Of a stretch of DNA of 64,000 nt, positions 38,401 through 53,400 are shown in pieces (positions within the stretch are counted from its first letter, which is position 1; every line of letters begins with the position of its first letter). Both the position numbers and the translations under genes were made by a program. The stretch is from Rhina ancylostomus (lineage: Eukaryota), in contig JARFYF010000119.1 in assembly GCA_030265395.1 (NCBI GenBank), forward strand, positions 379,021-443,020. Reading direction: 5' to 3'. Under the pieces are notes generated by a model, which was given only the letters and a program-made list of their open reading frames with translations, made no database searches and was not told the DNA's origin.

Positions 38401-41400
38401 TGTCCTGAATCGCATGCAGCAAACAAACAGGATTGTGGCTTGTGCACATTGAACTATGGTTCCAAAATTTGGCTACATGTTTAGTACATGTGGCCAAGGA
38501 TAAATTTCTACACCATTAGATTTATTAAGAAGAGCTAATTTAACAAAATCATATTCTCAGCATGGAGTGTCACCCAAACTCTCAATATGTACATGCAGAA
38601 AGCCAGGTGCACTTCTTGAAAGAAATTCAAGCATCAACATCTGCTCTCCAGAAGATGAAAGGAGGAAATGAAAAGTCTATGTCATTATTTTAAAAACATT
38701 GTTGTCTTCTGCATTATGTGGGACAACTACCATGGTGGCTCTGGAGTCACACACAGGTTAGACCAGGCAAGGATGGAGGATTTCCAAGGGCATATGTGTA
38801 ACAGCTCACCTGATTCAACAACCTTGTGGCTTTGCAGCCATAATTCCTAATGAATAATTATTAATTGAACTTAAATTCCACAATTTCCATGGTAGAAACT
38901 GAGCTCCACTCTCTCAGGCCTTTGGACTACTAGACAAGCAACTTTAAAGCTGCACCATTACTGTACTGAAATACGTGACCTGACCCTTCACAACAATAAT
39001 CTTGCTTCTTCTCTTACACAAGCTCCTGTCAGCATGGCCATATTTTTCCAGTAATGTATTTCATTAGTGGAGTGGGCTGAGAAGGTTTAAGATATCAGGA
39101 GAAATAACCTGGATTGTCCTTGGAACAGAGGGCTCAAAATTCTGCCGTGAAGCTCTGCCCTCTTTCAGTGCCACGTATCTGGGCAATAAAACTGCTTATT
39201 ATGAGAGAGTCTCAAAAGGTGCCATTTTGGAAATTTAGCCCTGCACATTCTGTCCCAAATCACCAATGATTTCCAGTCCATATAATGGAATTCCTTACAA
39301 TGACTTGCTTAAGAAAGCAACATGGTGATTATTTACCTCCTCCTTTCATCCTCTGGAGATCTAAAGTCAATGTCTATCAAAATAGAAGTTTGTGCTAGGG
39401 GTGGTGCGATTCCCCATACAACAGTCAGTGGCAGCATTGTCCACAATATTATTCTTTGGCTGTTCCTTTGGTAGTGCTACTCAACCATCACGCCACTCTT
39501 CCAACTCAATCCCTGAAATCTCCCAATCCAATCCGGTGACTCCCTGTAGTTCCCTTCATGTGATCAACAGCTTGTAGAGGAAGCATGCGCAGCTGGTCAT
39601 CAGTTATGGTCAAGTATCTTGAGTACTACACATGTTGTGGAGGACCCATGACGGAAACATTTTATACACGCTTCTTTAAACTGTGCAGATAAATATCTAG
39701 GCCAGCATAGCGCAAGGTGGGAATTAACAGAGCTGTTCGGAATTGAAGTGTTTTAATGCAGAACATGGTGACAAAGCATTTCTACTGGTAGGGTGTTCCA
39801 GTAACCAGAGAACATAGATTCAACAACGGCAAAAAAAAAGCCAAACAATTAACTCAGAAATTCATGCTTTCCCTCAGTAAGTTGCAATGATCTAGATTGA
39901 TCACCAGTGTGGTGACGTCAGATCTAACAGCAAGTTCTATTCCTTTCATCGCTGAAAAGCGAAACTTATATAGCTCTGGAGCTAAGCACCATGGAGCACA
40001 GTAAATGTTACAAACCTTGCACACTAGTTCTCTCTTCTTCCAGAGTGGTTACCATGTTCACATAGCGCTTCTTGCTGGAGCCAAATTCATTTTCCAATTT
40101 ATGCTTGTCTGCATCAGAGAAGTATTGCGAATCCTTACTGTATGTCTGGAAAGCTTTAAAGTTCTTTTCCAAGTTTTTGAGGACTAACTCATAATCCTCC
40201 TGAGACATTGTTCGTAACTGAAAACAAGACAAAGATTACTTGCAAGCAGTTATGAATTAATACCCCCTTTCTGGTCACCTTTGGCCATATTATCTACTTG
40301 AGCAGAAAACAGATTTTCTCATATCTAGATTAAAATTGGGCAAAAGCAATTGAAATACAACGTCACATTTCTAATATGTATCCTATCTATGGAAGTGCCT
40401 TCTTTAGGAAGAGTCAAAAAAGAACCCTAATAGCTACCATTGTTGAGTTAATAGGAAACATGATCCATTTCTTTTGTTTTTTTTTAAAATCATCTTCACC
40501 ATTTTATGTGCATCTGCACCCAGAGATCCCAATAGGATGAAGACATTCTCTTTCAATGCTACAGCTGATACAACAGGCCAAATGGAGTAGGAAGCTTGTC
40601 ACAGTAGGATTTGTCATCACCTTTCCTTGCTCTGGAAAAATTGTTTATCTCCATATGTTTGTTGTGTGTACCTACTGTGAGACTGATAACTGAAAATAAA
40701 ATACTGAGAGATAATCACATCTTAACAAATAATAAAATAGTGTTTTCCCTACAGTCTTCCCTCATCTGATTCGCTACACTTCATCCTTGGAGAATAGAAG
40801 TTCCCAAAACATACACAAACAAGGGTTTTCTAGAGCTTACCACAGATATGGTCCAACTCTGTATCTTTTCAATATCTATCATGCAGTATTGCCAAGAAAT
40901 CAAGCTCTTCATATTAATGTACAGTTGGTTCCATAGAGAAAGGATAGCCTCATAGTACTGATCAATTCTGGTCAGAACAACAGAAAGCACCATTTCAGAT
41001 TCTTCAGCACAGCACAGAAACTACATTCATAATTTAAGAATCAAGTAAACTGCCAAGTGATGTCTCATACTTGTTTGCAAGATCAATTGCACCAGGGTTT
41101 GGAGGTGGGATGAGAAGACAAATCGATGGAACCGCCATTTCCATTCCACCCGGTCCAATCACCCTCCACTTGCTGCGTTGTGAGTTATCCAATAAAATGC
41201 ATTCATTTCCTCTATGGACAACTCTCTTAAAAAAAAAGTGAGGAATATATTAGAATCATAGTAAAATTATTTAACATGTCAATTATAACTCTACAATTGT
41301 AAACTACGTACAGATGGTCATAATTTGGCACATTGGTTCTAATGCTGCTTATACCATACACACTTCAAATCCAGCAAAAGCTTTGTGTGAGAAAGTTTCC

Positions 41401-44400
41401 TCATGACCTCAATTGTTCTCACGGCATGATGATGTATAAATGGCAATTGTCCTTTGAGTTGAGTTGCGTTATTAAATCAGTAGAATGGCAATAAAATGCA
41501 GCTATGCATTTGCCAGCCTTCCTACACTGGCCTCCTGGTTACTCCTGGAGAAGATCAGTCAAAGGCCTCTAGAGCAGGACTGCTATGCTTAAAAAAGCTG
41601 CTAATTTAAAATTACTAAAATTTTAATGAAAACAAACATCAAATTATTACAAAGAAGTAGCACTGCAATCTGATGTTTCACTAAGCAAAAGAAAATCTTT
41701 CTGTAAACATAAATGCCCAGCAAAACTTATCTTACAAGTTAACCATACTATTAGGTGACATGCACAATTTGAAAAGATACATGTAACATTACTATTAATT
41801 GGGACTGTAACAACACAGGGCCTGACATGGCTCTAGTCAAATCAGATTTGCAGTAAAGCTTTAGCATTGACAATAACTAGTTTAACTACATCCTCAAACT
41901 CGACAACTATTTTGTTAGCATTGCAAATAGCTTGACTTCTTTAAAACTGAATATCAGCTCCCTGTTCATTATAACATGATCTGCTGGCTTCAATGTAGTC
42001 ACATTTTCTTAAGTTACTTTACAATTAACTGAATAAACTGGGAGATAAAATGATGCAAAATTAAATCCATCACGATTAATCAGATCTAATAGTTAAAGAC
42101 ACTTTGTTTTTGTGGTACAAGGAAAGTTCTCAATACTCAAACTTCTTTTCAATCAAATTAAATAATTGCCAGTTTCTCACTTTAATTGGACAAGTCCTTC
42201 AGCTTCCAACGGACTGTGACACTAATGGGGCCAGGACATTCAGAAAAATCATTTCAATAATGCAAATGCTTTATGACCAATCTACCTTCATTGAAGGTAG
42301 TCCACCTACCAACACCTGATCCACTGCACACTGGATGATTTTATGGATAGCACTAAAATGACAAGGGCCCGTTACCAAAAAAAAGCTATAACTATACCTG
42401 ATCCTGTTTGTAGTCACAAAGAGCCTTGAGAATGATTTGATTTGGACCCCGTTGGTCAATACCAGTAGATGGATTGCGTGGTTTTAGTTGCACTATTTTC
42501 TTTGACTTGTTGACCAAGTTTGACACCTGTCTTTTGTATTCATGGATTTTCTCCTTATCTTTCTGAAAAAGAAAGAAATATAATAAATGAAAACTTGAAG
42601 TCAGATATTAAGGAGTCACTTTGATGTTCACACATTCTGCTATTCTATTGTGTTGCAGTAGAAGCTAAAAAGTCCAAGACAGCATCCACATAGAAACCAT
42701 ATCGTTTGGTGCTACTTCAGTATCAGCTGTGATTGTAGGATTCTAGAAGAACANNNNNNNNNNNNNNNNNNNNNNNNNNNNNNNNNNNNNNNNNNNNNNN
42801 NNNNNNNNNNNNNNNNNNNNNNNNNNNNNNNNNNNNNNNNNNNNNNNNNNNNNTAGAAGAACATTAAATCAAAAGTAATAGGACACAGATTGCTTTTGAG
42901 TTCTCTGACTCTTCCCCCATTTTCAAATTGATTGTTCAAAATTCAGTGTGATAGTCTGTTACCACAAGTTGAGACATCCCCATTGCAGGATTGTTTTGAC
43001 TGCGCCCAGTTCCACCAGGAAGCATACAACTAAAAGGAACAAGGTAACTTGACCCCTAACCTCAGACTTTCTCGAAATAAGAATAGGGAATGTCAGAGAT
43101 ACTCAGAAGGGAAGGCAGCATCCGAGGGAACAGGAACGAAGCTGGTGTTCAAGATCTATTAGAGAGCATTTCCGTTACCCATTATCTGCAGTTTCTCGCT
43201 TTTCAGGGAAGAGCAGCTGGTAAACCTCGACAGCAAAAACTTAAACCTGGAATATTTAAAGAAAACCTCCATCCCTGCATTTACAGTCAAATCTGCTATT
43301 TTCACAGCAGTATCAGCCTAAAGACATTGCAGACTGCCTAAGAAACTGAGAAATGACAGACTCAGCCAGCAGTGGAAGAAACCAAGTCAGAGGCATCAGG
43401 TACCTGCTCCACTCCTTTTTTTGCACGGCATTACTGGTGGCTCAGCTCCCTTATCCCTATGGAAATTACAGGCAATGGAAGGGTGGGTGGGAAACAAGAC
43501 AAAACAACAGACTGATTTTTAATGTGTGAAGGGGTAGCAATGTTCCACAGGGAAAAGCTTTCCAAAAATCAGGGGTCTTTNNNNNNNNNNNNNNNNNNNN
43601 NNNNNNNNNNNNNNNNNNNNNNNNNNNNNNNNNNNNNNATCATCTTCTCCAATTGCTGCAGTGATGTTGACCTATCACAGACATATTTCTTTCTTAGGGA
43701 ATCTTGCATTTTCTTCAGAGAGTTTTCAGTTACTTGCGCATCCTCGAAAAACTATAAAGTGATAAAAATAGAATCTAACATGCAAAGAGTGCAGTTCAGT
43801 TGATTAATTCCTCTCCTTTCCACTAAGGCATTTTCTTTAAACCAGTCCACCCAACCTAGCTTGGTGCTCGAGTTAGAGTGACTCAGCTAATCAGAATGAT
43901 GAAACAGTTGTGTCTTAATATTAAAAGAGAAAATGCTGAAAAATCAGGAGGTCAAGCAGCATCTATAGAGCAAGANNNNNNNNNNTCAGGTTAATGTCCT
44001 TTTCATCAAACTCAATCTGGATGAAAGGAGTTAGACCTGAAGCATTAGCTCGGTTTCTCTCTGTGAATACTGTTTGACCTGTTGAGTATTTCCTGCATTG
44101 TCTGTTTCACTCTCAGATTTACAGCATCTGTGGTGTTTTGGTTTTCCCTGCAGCTCCTCATTCTCCAAAGCTGAAAAGTCTATCATAGCAAACTAAACAA
44201 TGAAATCTCCCTACATCTATAGCACACACATTTTCGAAAGGTAATTTACATTAACTGGTATTGAACTTGTAAATGTACCTGAAAGTAATTGGAATTCTCT
44301 TTCAGATGCACCTCAATGCATTTGGTAAGCTGGAGAATCCAACTCCACTGGGTCTGCAAAGTATCAATGTATGCCTGCAGTGCAAGAAAAATCCAGTTTT

Positions 44401-47400
44401 CCCCATTAGTACAAATTCACACAAAACCCACCATTATGATACATGAATACTTTGTCATGCTGAATAACACCAATGTGATATTCCTGCTAATTCCATTTCC
44501 ACAATACCTTGAATGAAGCAAGAGGCAATTCAAACTAAAAACAAGATGCCAAGCTGTAAGGATTTATTAGGGTATGACACAGCAGAGGGGCAGCACATAG
44601 ATTTTTTAAAAAATGGGTTAAGGATAAGAGTAAATATAAAGCTGGAAGTTAAAAGGTATCATTTAGGGTTCTGGCTAGTACATGTCAGATGGAGAAGTGG
44701 CCTTGGCTATGTACTGCATGTTTCTGAAGGTCTCTCTGACATGATTAGTGGTAGCATGTTACTGTAGTACACACCTTGTCTATTGTCTTGTTAAAAGTAT
44801 TCCCCACACAGTAGTTGGTAATTTTAAGAACTATAGAATTATTTTGCCTAATGTCATCAAACTTTGGTTCTGTTCTCATTGAAATCTTGAGCATTAGAAA
44901 AGTTTTGAATCTAAATATATGGAGAACTTCTCATTACTGTTTCCTCAGTCTTTTCTACAAGGAATTACCAAACCTGTGGTGTTTATTTCAGAAACAGTAT
45001 CAATGCTTTTCAAAAAAACTGCAGACAATAAAGCTTCTTTTTCTTTGTGAAACCATTTTCAAAATGTGAAGTTGGCATTTTCACATTCAGTGTACAAGAG
45101 ATTAAAGATTTCAGGTGATTAATGGGAGCGAAGAATCTTGTACCAATTACCTACTTTCAGATGAATAACAATCTAAAAAGGACAAAACAGTTGGTCCAAA
45201 GATTGCTACCACTAGAGAGATTTACAACACTAAAAACTGAAACCAAATTACACACCTTAAGAAATTTCTGTGGTTGAATGAACATATTTTCACTAATTAT
45301 TGTCTGAAAACTCCAGACAATATTGTTCTACATAAATTAGTAGTAAACAAAATTGGAAATAATAAATCAGCTTACAATGTACTTTTTGGGAGACATAATA
45401 TCGGATTTATTGTGAGCTGTGGCCTCGTATTGATTTAAAATATTAAGCATTAATAAAAATCACTGAACCTTAAAATTATGATATTTAATGTTAAAACCCA
45501 GGGAACAATGCCCTGTATTGGAATAGAATTTAAATAAGATGGAGTTAGCTGCCAGGCTCTAGTAACTAGGATTTTGCAGAAAATACATGCTTAGCACTTC
45601 TAATCTGGAAATAGCATCATTATTGTACAAACATTTAACAGAGTTTTATCATATTTATTTTAGTATTTTAATAAATTATTTGTATACAATTTAATTTCTA
45701 TCCTATAAAGGCTTCAAATTGGTGTTGTGCCAAGTGCAGCAGGCAAGAATTCAGGCATCATCTCTGTCTACTTTTGCACCAAAATTATCCCCACAGGGGG
45801 CAATACCTTGTACATTTTAAAGAGCTCCATTAAAACAATGAAGGAACTTGATACAAAAGCAGCACTCAGTCTAAATTTAAGGCTGGTAGCAACTCCCTCT
45901 TAACATCTTGTATAGATACCTAGGTAATGAATGCTATTCGTACACCACTTTATTATAAGTGGCTATATGTGAATATATGTAGTGAAGTTAAGTGCTGCAA
46001 CTTTTCTATGTCCAGAACTGGTTGAAAACTTGAATTATAAAACATTTTGTCAGCACTTGCCCCGCTCGAGTTGAGTGATTAGCCAGATATCCCACCTCAA
46101 TCTTGTCAGATGCAGGATGATTATTTGCTACTAGCTGGTCACCTTCTTGTTTGAGTCTGTTTAACTGCTTTTCTTTTTCTTCCAACTGGCTCATCAGTAT
46201 CTAACAAAAAAAAAGAAATATAAAAATTTAACCACAAGCAGCAAAATAAAATGTGTACAACTTCATTAAAGCTGCCCCACAAAGTGTTATCAAACACTAA
46301 CAACAGACCAAATGTCTGTTATAATGTCACACTCAATGCCTCTTCTGGCATGTAATCCATCATGTGTATTAAGAAAAATCCTCATCTTCAATAGCTTTTG
46401 CCCTTTTGACATTAGTTTACCTGCACAGTGTGGAACATTTTAACCAGATAGTCATCGTGGTGATCAGTTAGAAGCTAAGCATCCACGAAGAAATACAAGG
46501 GCCAAATGATAGCGGTATTGCTGGCTGCTATTGAGGACCACAGAATATGTATAATTCCTATTATGAGTGATAAACAATCTGCTGGAGGAACTTAATGGGT
46601 CAAGCATCATCTGTGGGAGTAAAAGGATTGTTGACGTTTCGGGTCAAAATACTGCATCAGAACTTGACGTTTCAGGAAATATCAAGTCCCGATGCCAATA
46701 TTTTGGGTCAAAATCCTGCAATTCCTTTGCCACAGATGTTGCTCAACCTGCTAAATTCCTCCAGCAGATTATTGATTGCTCCAGATATCAGCATCTGCAG
46801 TCTCTTGTGTCTCCTATTCTGAATGCATAATTTATAGTCTTCCCAGGGAANNNNNNNNNNNNNNNNNNNNNNNNNNNNNNNNNNNNNNNNNNNNNNNNNN
46901 NNNNNNNNNNNNNNNNNNNNNNNNNNNNNNNNNNNNNNNNNNNNNNNNNNTAGAGGATTACTTTCAAAACATATGCATCACAATCTCAGGTATTGTCCTG
47001 TCAGGAGGCATTTCAACTTCTCTGAACATACTTCAGCTTGGGGATGGCACAGTAGCTCCAGCGACACAGGTTTGAGCCTTTCCTCAGATGCTGTCTGTGT
47101 GGAGTTTGCACGTTCTCCTTGTGACTGCATGGGTTTCCCTTTGCTGTTCTGATGTGCTGGTTGGTTCACTGGCAACTATGAACTACTTGTAGTGTGGGTC
47201 AGTGGTGGGATAATCAGGGGTAGATGAACATATGAGAGAGAATAAGTTTCAAGTAAATAAAAAGGGGAATAGGTCTAATGGATATGCTCAAAGAGCTGGC
47301 ACAAACTTGATGGGCTGAATGGCCTCCCTCTTGTAAGAGGATAAGAAAATTATAAATGACATTTTGGATTATCAGTGTTCTAAAATTTTGATGAAAGGCA

Positions 47401-50400
47401 AAACTTTTCTAACAGAAATATTTGTCAATCTGTTGTCAACAATTTTGCTAACCAATTATCCTTTTCTACTTGCAGTAGCTCCCTGCTGGCATTCAGGTCA
47501 TTTTGCATTCATTACCACAGGTTCATTATACAGGATGTAAACACTGCAGAAATTCTCAGTACAGTAAGCAAAATTTTAAAAAGCTAAACGTTTCCTCTTT
47601 CTACCAGAGGTCAGAGCACAGTGGAGGTAGAAATTTATCCTTGGTCACTCCAATGCAATTGGAGTCAATCAGAAATGGAGCTGAACTAGAAGCCATAATC
47701 ATGAAGATGCATTCAATACAAATAATGTTAGTGAATTTCTACTTCAAGTTTTGAAAATACATTGTTTTTTTAAAATGTTTTGAAAAGAATCTTTTCCTGC
47801 CATTGAATCATAGAAGTTTAGGCCACAGAATGAGCCAACTCCACCTTGCTTCCATGCCAGTCACGTTTGGGCTGTTGGTTAATCCTAGTTCATAACCTGT
47901 ATTACTACAGGTTTAGGCTCTTCAAATGTTCAATTAAAATAGGCAATTAAATAAAATTCTACTTAAAAAGGGTCATAGGTTAAAACAAAACAAAAATGAT
48001 AGTTTACGCATTGTTTAACTTGGTAACAGTTTTTTTTGCCATTTAAGTGTCATACATTATAACCGGGTGCCACAATGCATCAAGGATCATGTTATTGCAC
48101 AGATTATTGCAAAGGTGGTGAGAAGATGAAAACTTACAAAATTACAAAGTAAATGTAGGAGGAAGCTCAGGACCCTGTTGTACTTTGGTCTCTAGTCTAC
48201 ATCATTGTGGTAACATTTCCAAATTGATTCTGTCAAACCCTTTGTAATTTTAAAGACCTTTATTAGGTTACCAAGCAGACTTTCTTTTCCTAATAGGAAA
48301 ATCAGTACAACTTCTTTAACTAGCTGGAGCACTTGAGGCAAACAGTATAGGTGCCTTTAAATAGGGCCCACGTAAATACAGGAGGGAGGACACTAATTGG
48401 CTGTTTTCTGTGCTGCATGTTCTACAGTCAGGTGAGGGATCCACTACATAAGATTTGTGGTTCAATGATTTGGTTAAATACTTATACAATCACTCTGTGC
48501 AATAACCTCCACATTGATCTCTCTTCTTGGAATACAGGGAGAATTTATCTCAAGATACAACAATAGTTACACACTGATGGCAGTGGACAAATACTGACAT
48601 GTCCAACTCTTAATTGCAGAACGCAGCTTCAGTCAGTCAATCATCATCTGTCCAGTCCTGACTTACCGAGAACATTTCTTGTTTCTGAGCCATGTTTGTG
48701 TTCTTATCACTCCAATCATAGACAAGTTCTTCTTCCTCGCGGTCATTGATCCACATAATCTCATTGGAAGTGGCCTGAATGATGTCCTGAAACTTTCTCA
48801 GTTGATCAAATCTGTCCTCTGAAGCTTTCTAATATGTATAGAAACAACAAGACTCATTACTTATTTCATTACACATGGAAAAATACAGAAACAAGGATTG
48901 TATTCCCTTGAATCTTAACAATTCAGAGATCATCCACTTAAAAGTCTGAAGGAGGAACTGTTGGGGAAGATTGAATCAATTTCCATTGATTCAGGAACAT
49001 AGCTTCAAAGTGAAAATGTAAAGATTCAAGCCAGGCCTTTCGAGAGTGAAGTTGGAAAATGTGGAAGTTTGGAGCTTTCTTCTGTAATGGTAGTTGACGC
49101 CATGTCAGATATTAATATCAAAGCCAAGACTGATAGTATTTTGGTGAAGTGGGGAAAATGAAGTTATATTTCAGAAAGATGCAAAGGCTTTAGAAAAGCT
49201 GCAGAAGTAGTTTATTAAAATGATTCCAAGGTTCAGGGAATTTAGTAGATGCAAAATCAGGAGAAGCTGGAGTCGTTCTCCTTGGAATAAAGGAGGTTAA
49301 GAGGGCATCTGTTAAAGATATTAAATTCACGAAGGGGCTAGACAAAGTAGATATTAAGTAGAAAGAGAGAATCCGTCCCCAGTGATGGAAGGGTCAAGGA
49401 GTAGGGGGACATAGAACAAATGTGATTAGCAAAAGCATCAAAAATCGTAGAAGGAAAAAAAAAGTATGAATTGAGTGGTAGTGCTGGTAATGTCCCGTCA
49501 GGAGCAGTAGTGGAGATTGATTCAATCTCAGTATTCAAAAACCAGCTAGGTTAGGGTTTGAAATAATATGAAAGGATAGGAAAGAGAGCAGTGGAGTGAG
49601 ACTTGCATAGAGCCAGTATGGACTCGATAAGCTGACTGGTCCTTTCTGTATCGTAACCATTCTTTGACTTTGCGGTATAGAAATAGGTCACAGACCATCT
49701 CATTGAATTAGGAAGGGAACATGACTACTGCTGTTCCTGTATTCCTAAAATCACCAAAAACATCTGATTTCAGCTTCATTAATTATTTCTGCTTACCAAC
49801 ATACTTTCATATTCACTTTCTATTGCTTCAATGGCATCCCTGTAGTTGCTAGAATAGTTGCCAAACTGTGAAAGAATGAAAAGTGGATCAGAACTTGTGA
49901 ATAAATGCTGTAACTAATTTGTAATGATGGAAGGAATATATATCACTGGTGCAGTGCAATTTAATTATTGGAAATGATTTGACAAATCCAATGAACTGTC
50001 ACTTTACCTATTACACCAAACACCAACTACAACAGTGAAGTCTCTTGCAGTCCTCTTCCTTTCCAATTTAATTAGAACTATTTTTTACTATAAAAGATGG
50101 CAATGACATCAGGTCTTGGGTAGCTGGTTGCAACTAAAAAGCAACCTTGCCACAGCCAACAAATCCAAAAAACCTATTACTAGGTTGTAGGATTTCTTGA
50201 TCCTAATTTCACCTAGATCACTTCTAGATTCCAGCCAGCAGCATACAGTCATGATGCCTTCATGTACAGCATGTAAACAGGCCCTTTGGCTCACTACATC
50301 CATACCAGCCTTTTTGCCCATCTACACCAATCCCATCGCCTGCATCGGGACTGTATCCTTCTATGCCTCGCCTATTTAAATGCCTCTTAAAAGGTAGTGA

Positions 50401-53400
50401 TTGTATCTGATTTCACCATCTCCTCTGGCAGTGCATTCCAGATATCAACCATTCTTTGTATAAAAAGCTACCCCCCCCCCCCANNNNNNNNNNGCTTTTG
50501 ATACCCCTACCATGGGAAAAAATGATTTCAATTATCTACCCTACGTATGCCTCTCATAATTTTATAGACTTTTATCAGGTTACCCCTCAGTCTCCTTCAC
50601 TCCAGGGCAAACGAGCACAGTCTATCCGATCTCTCCCCGTAACTAAAGTTCTCTGATCCATTCTGGTGAATCTCTTTTGCATTCTCTCCAACGCAACCAC
50701 ATCCAGCAGAAAGACATGTCAAGGGAAAAGGGGGTGGTCAGAGGAGCACTAGGAATTTTAACATGAAGATATTCCATTTTGGGGAACCAGACAAAGATTA
50801 TCAACAACATACAGCCAGTCAGCTACCATTCGTTTCTAACCTGATGATCAGAAGGTACAACTGCAGTCAAGGTTCGAATCTTAGCATCTTGTCATTTTAA
50901 ATTACTGTCCTTCATTTTCATATAAATGTAATAGTACTGCAATGCAGCTCACAATGTAATTGAGAGAACTGGTGTGCTACATGGAGTATTATTGATTCAT
51001 CAGCTGGGGGGAGGGGGGGTGGTGGACACGGTAGGTAGTCATCGGCAGAAGGCTTCCTTCCCCAAGTTTAATGATGCCATGAGATTTCATGGGATCCAGA
51101 GTCAATGTTGAGGACTCCTGGGACAGTTCCTTCCTGACTGAATACTACTGATAACCCTTAAATGAGGTAGGAATCCACCCAGCATTCACAATTAATCTTT
51201 GTATAAATTGGGTGCTGGGCATTTGATGTTCTCAAAATCCAAAGCAGATTAATCATTTGTGTTTTGCATGTCCAGTGAGCTGAAAATTCTGTACTGTCTA
51301 ATTTTGGATATATAATTGAGGACATCATTCCAGTGCACAATGTCTCCACGTGTTCAGCCAAGTTCCAAACCATTGTTGATGCTTTCATTGAAGCATACTC
51401 AACACCCTCAAGGCATCAAATTTAGCAATCTAATCACATACCAACTGGAAACAAGTTGGCCATATCAACAACAGGAAGCATGCTAGGTACAGAGCATTAA
51501 GCTTTCTTTTTTTTAAAAAGAAAAAAAGTGCAAATAACTTCATGGCATGAGGGGGTTGGTGCCCATATTTTGATCATCTCTTTATCTATAGAAATTCACA
51601 CTTGGAAGTACATGCGAGAAAAGTAAAAGCATTGCTGAAGTGTTCAGGTGAGCATAGAATCAGCATGGACAAAAAGGCCTCCTTGTACGTTGTAAGGATA
51701 TGAAAATAAATAATATTCTTAATATGGATGGTAATGGAATTTCAGAGCTATTTAGCCATAAATTTAAATTATTTTCACCTTGTAGATTTTGTTGATAGGC
51801 ATTTTGCCTGCCACACCTTAAGCTGACTTCTCCGCTCNNNNNNNNNNNNNNNNNNNNNNNNNNNNNNNNNNNNNNNNNNNNNNNNNNNNNNNNNNNNNNN
51901 NNNNNNNNNNNNNNNNNNNNNNNNNNNNNNNNNNNNNNNNNNNNNNNNNNNNNNNNNNNNNNNNNNNNNNNNNNNNNNNNNNNNNNNNNNNNNNNNNNNN
52001 NNNNNNNNNNNNNNNNNNNNNNNNNNNNNNNNNNNNNNNNNNNNNNNNNNNNNNNNNNNNNNNNNNNNNNNNNNNNNNNNNNNNNNNNNNNNNNNNNNNN
52101 NNNNNNNNNNNNNNNNNNNNNNNNNNNNNNNNNNNNNNNNNNNNNNNNNNNNNNNNNNNNNNNNNNCCCCACAAAAGGTATACAAATCCTAAACGTGCAA
52201 ATTATTTTCAGTGCAGAAGCCCAACTTGGAGACACTTTTCAGCAGCAGTAGTACACCAAGATGAATTGAAAGGGATACTGCTGCACTTTGATATATTTCT
52301 GCAGTATTCACTAAGTGTACACTGGTCAAGGTCAGTGTTAAGCATTAAAGTTTTTAAATTTTGAGAAAACATTTTTTTTCCTGTCTTCTTAGCCAAAGCC
52401 TTGTTTCGATGTGATGTGACTAATAAAGATAGCTTCATCTTTAAAAGTTACCAGCAGAGGGCAGTATGTCCTTTAACACATGTAAAATGTAGTCCTTATC
52501 ACATCACTAAACTTGCCCAGTTCAGTACCTGGGAGAAGAGACACACCCTGCAGAAATTTGGTTGTATTTAAATCAACAGGAGCAATCTTTTATGAAGTCG
52601 AGTTCAACATACTGCTGCTATTATATTGTTCTTTTTGTATATGTGACTGAGGATAACCATCTGCTTCACAGTCTCTTGCAGATTTCTGTTAATTTTGTCA
52701 AATGTGATTATTTCACCGACAGCACCGGATTTGTGGATTAGTGTTAGCCAAGACAAGATTCCAGTCTTCGCCATGCTGATGACTGTCTTTTGCTGATTAC
52801 AAGCCAGACCTCGTGCAGCCATTCAGAAAGGCTCACATAACACAGCAGCAATCCTTGTACATGACCAGGAGCCGAACTGCAGCCTACACCTGTCCTACTG
52901 GGAAACCATCTTCAAAGCACATCTCTGCTATCTGCTTACATTTGCCTCAGCCAAGGAATGATTTTTTTCCCCACTATTCATTTTGCAGGGTTTGCATGTC
53001 ACTGGAAGACAGCACCTAAGACAGGGGAAAACAGTGCCATTGCAGACCTTCCAGATATGTCTAATACCTGGAAATGACTTCATGAATTCCTTACGGAATT
53101 CACAGCCATATATGAATAATCCAATCTTGTCTCAAAAATATTGCTAGAGCCCACAAATCTAAAAAAGCACCCACATTGCACTAGAATTAAATGTTTACTT
53201 AACATCTCCAACTTTCATTTTTAAATATCTTTCTCTTTCACATTACTACTTTTCTTTCTTACTTCCAACATAGATACTTGTTAATCTCTTCCAGATTATG
53301 CTTAATGCTCTTTCTACACGCTAAATTTCTTTTTGCACTATCTCATATACAATACTTTGCACCATTCTGTTATTTTTACACCCATCACTGTATCTATAAG

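Noticed and set aside
51817-51837. Donor-like AAG|GTGTGG next to a gap in intron 5, as a possible extra exon
   Set aside because: Only 21 bp are visible, with no desmoplakin similarity, and exons 5 and 6 already join in frame.
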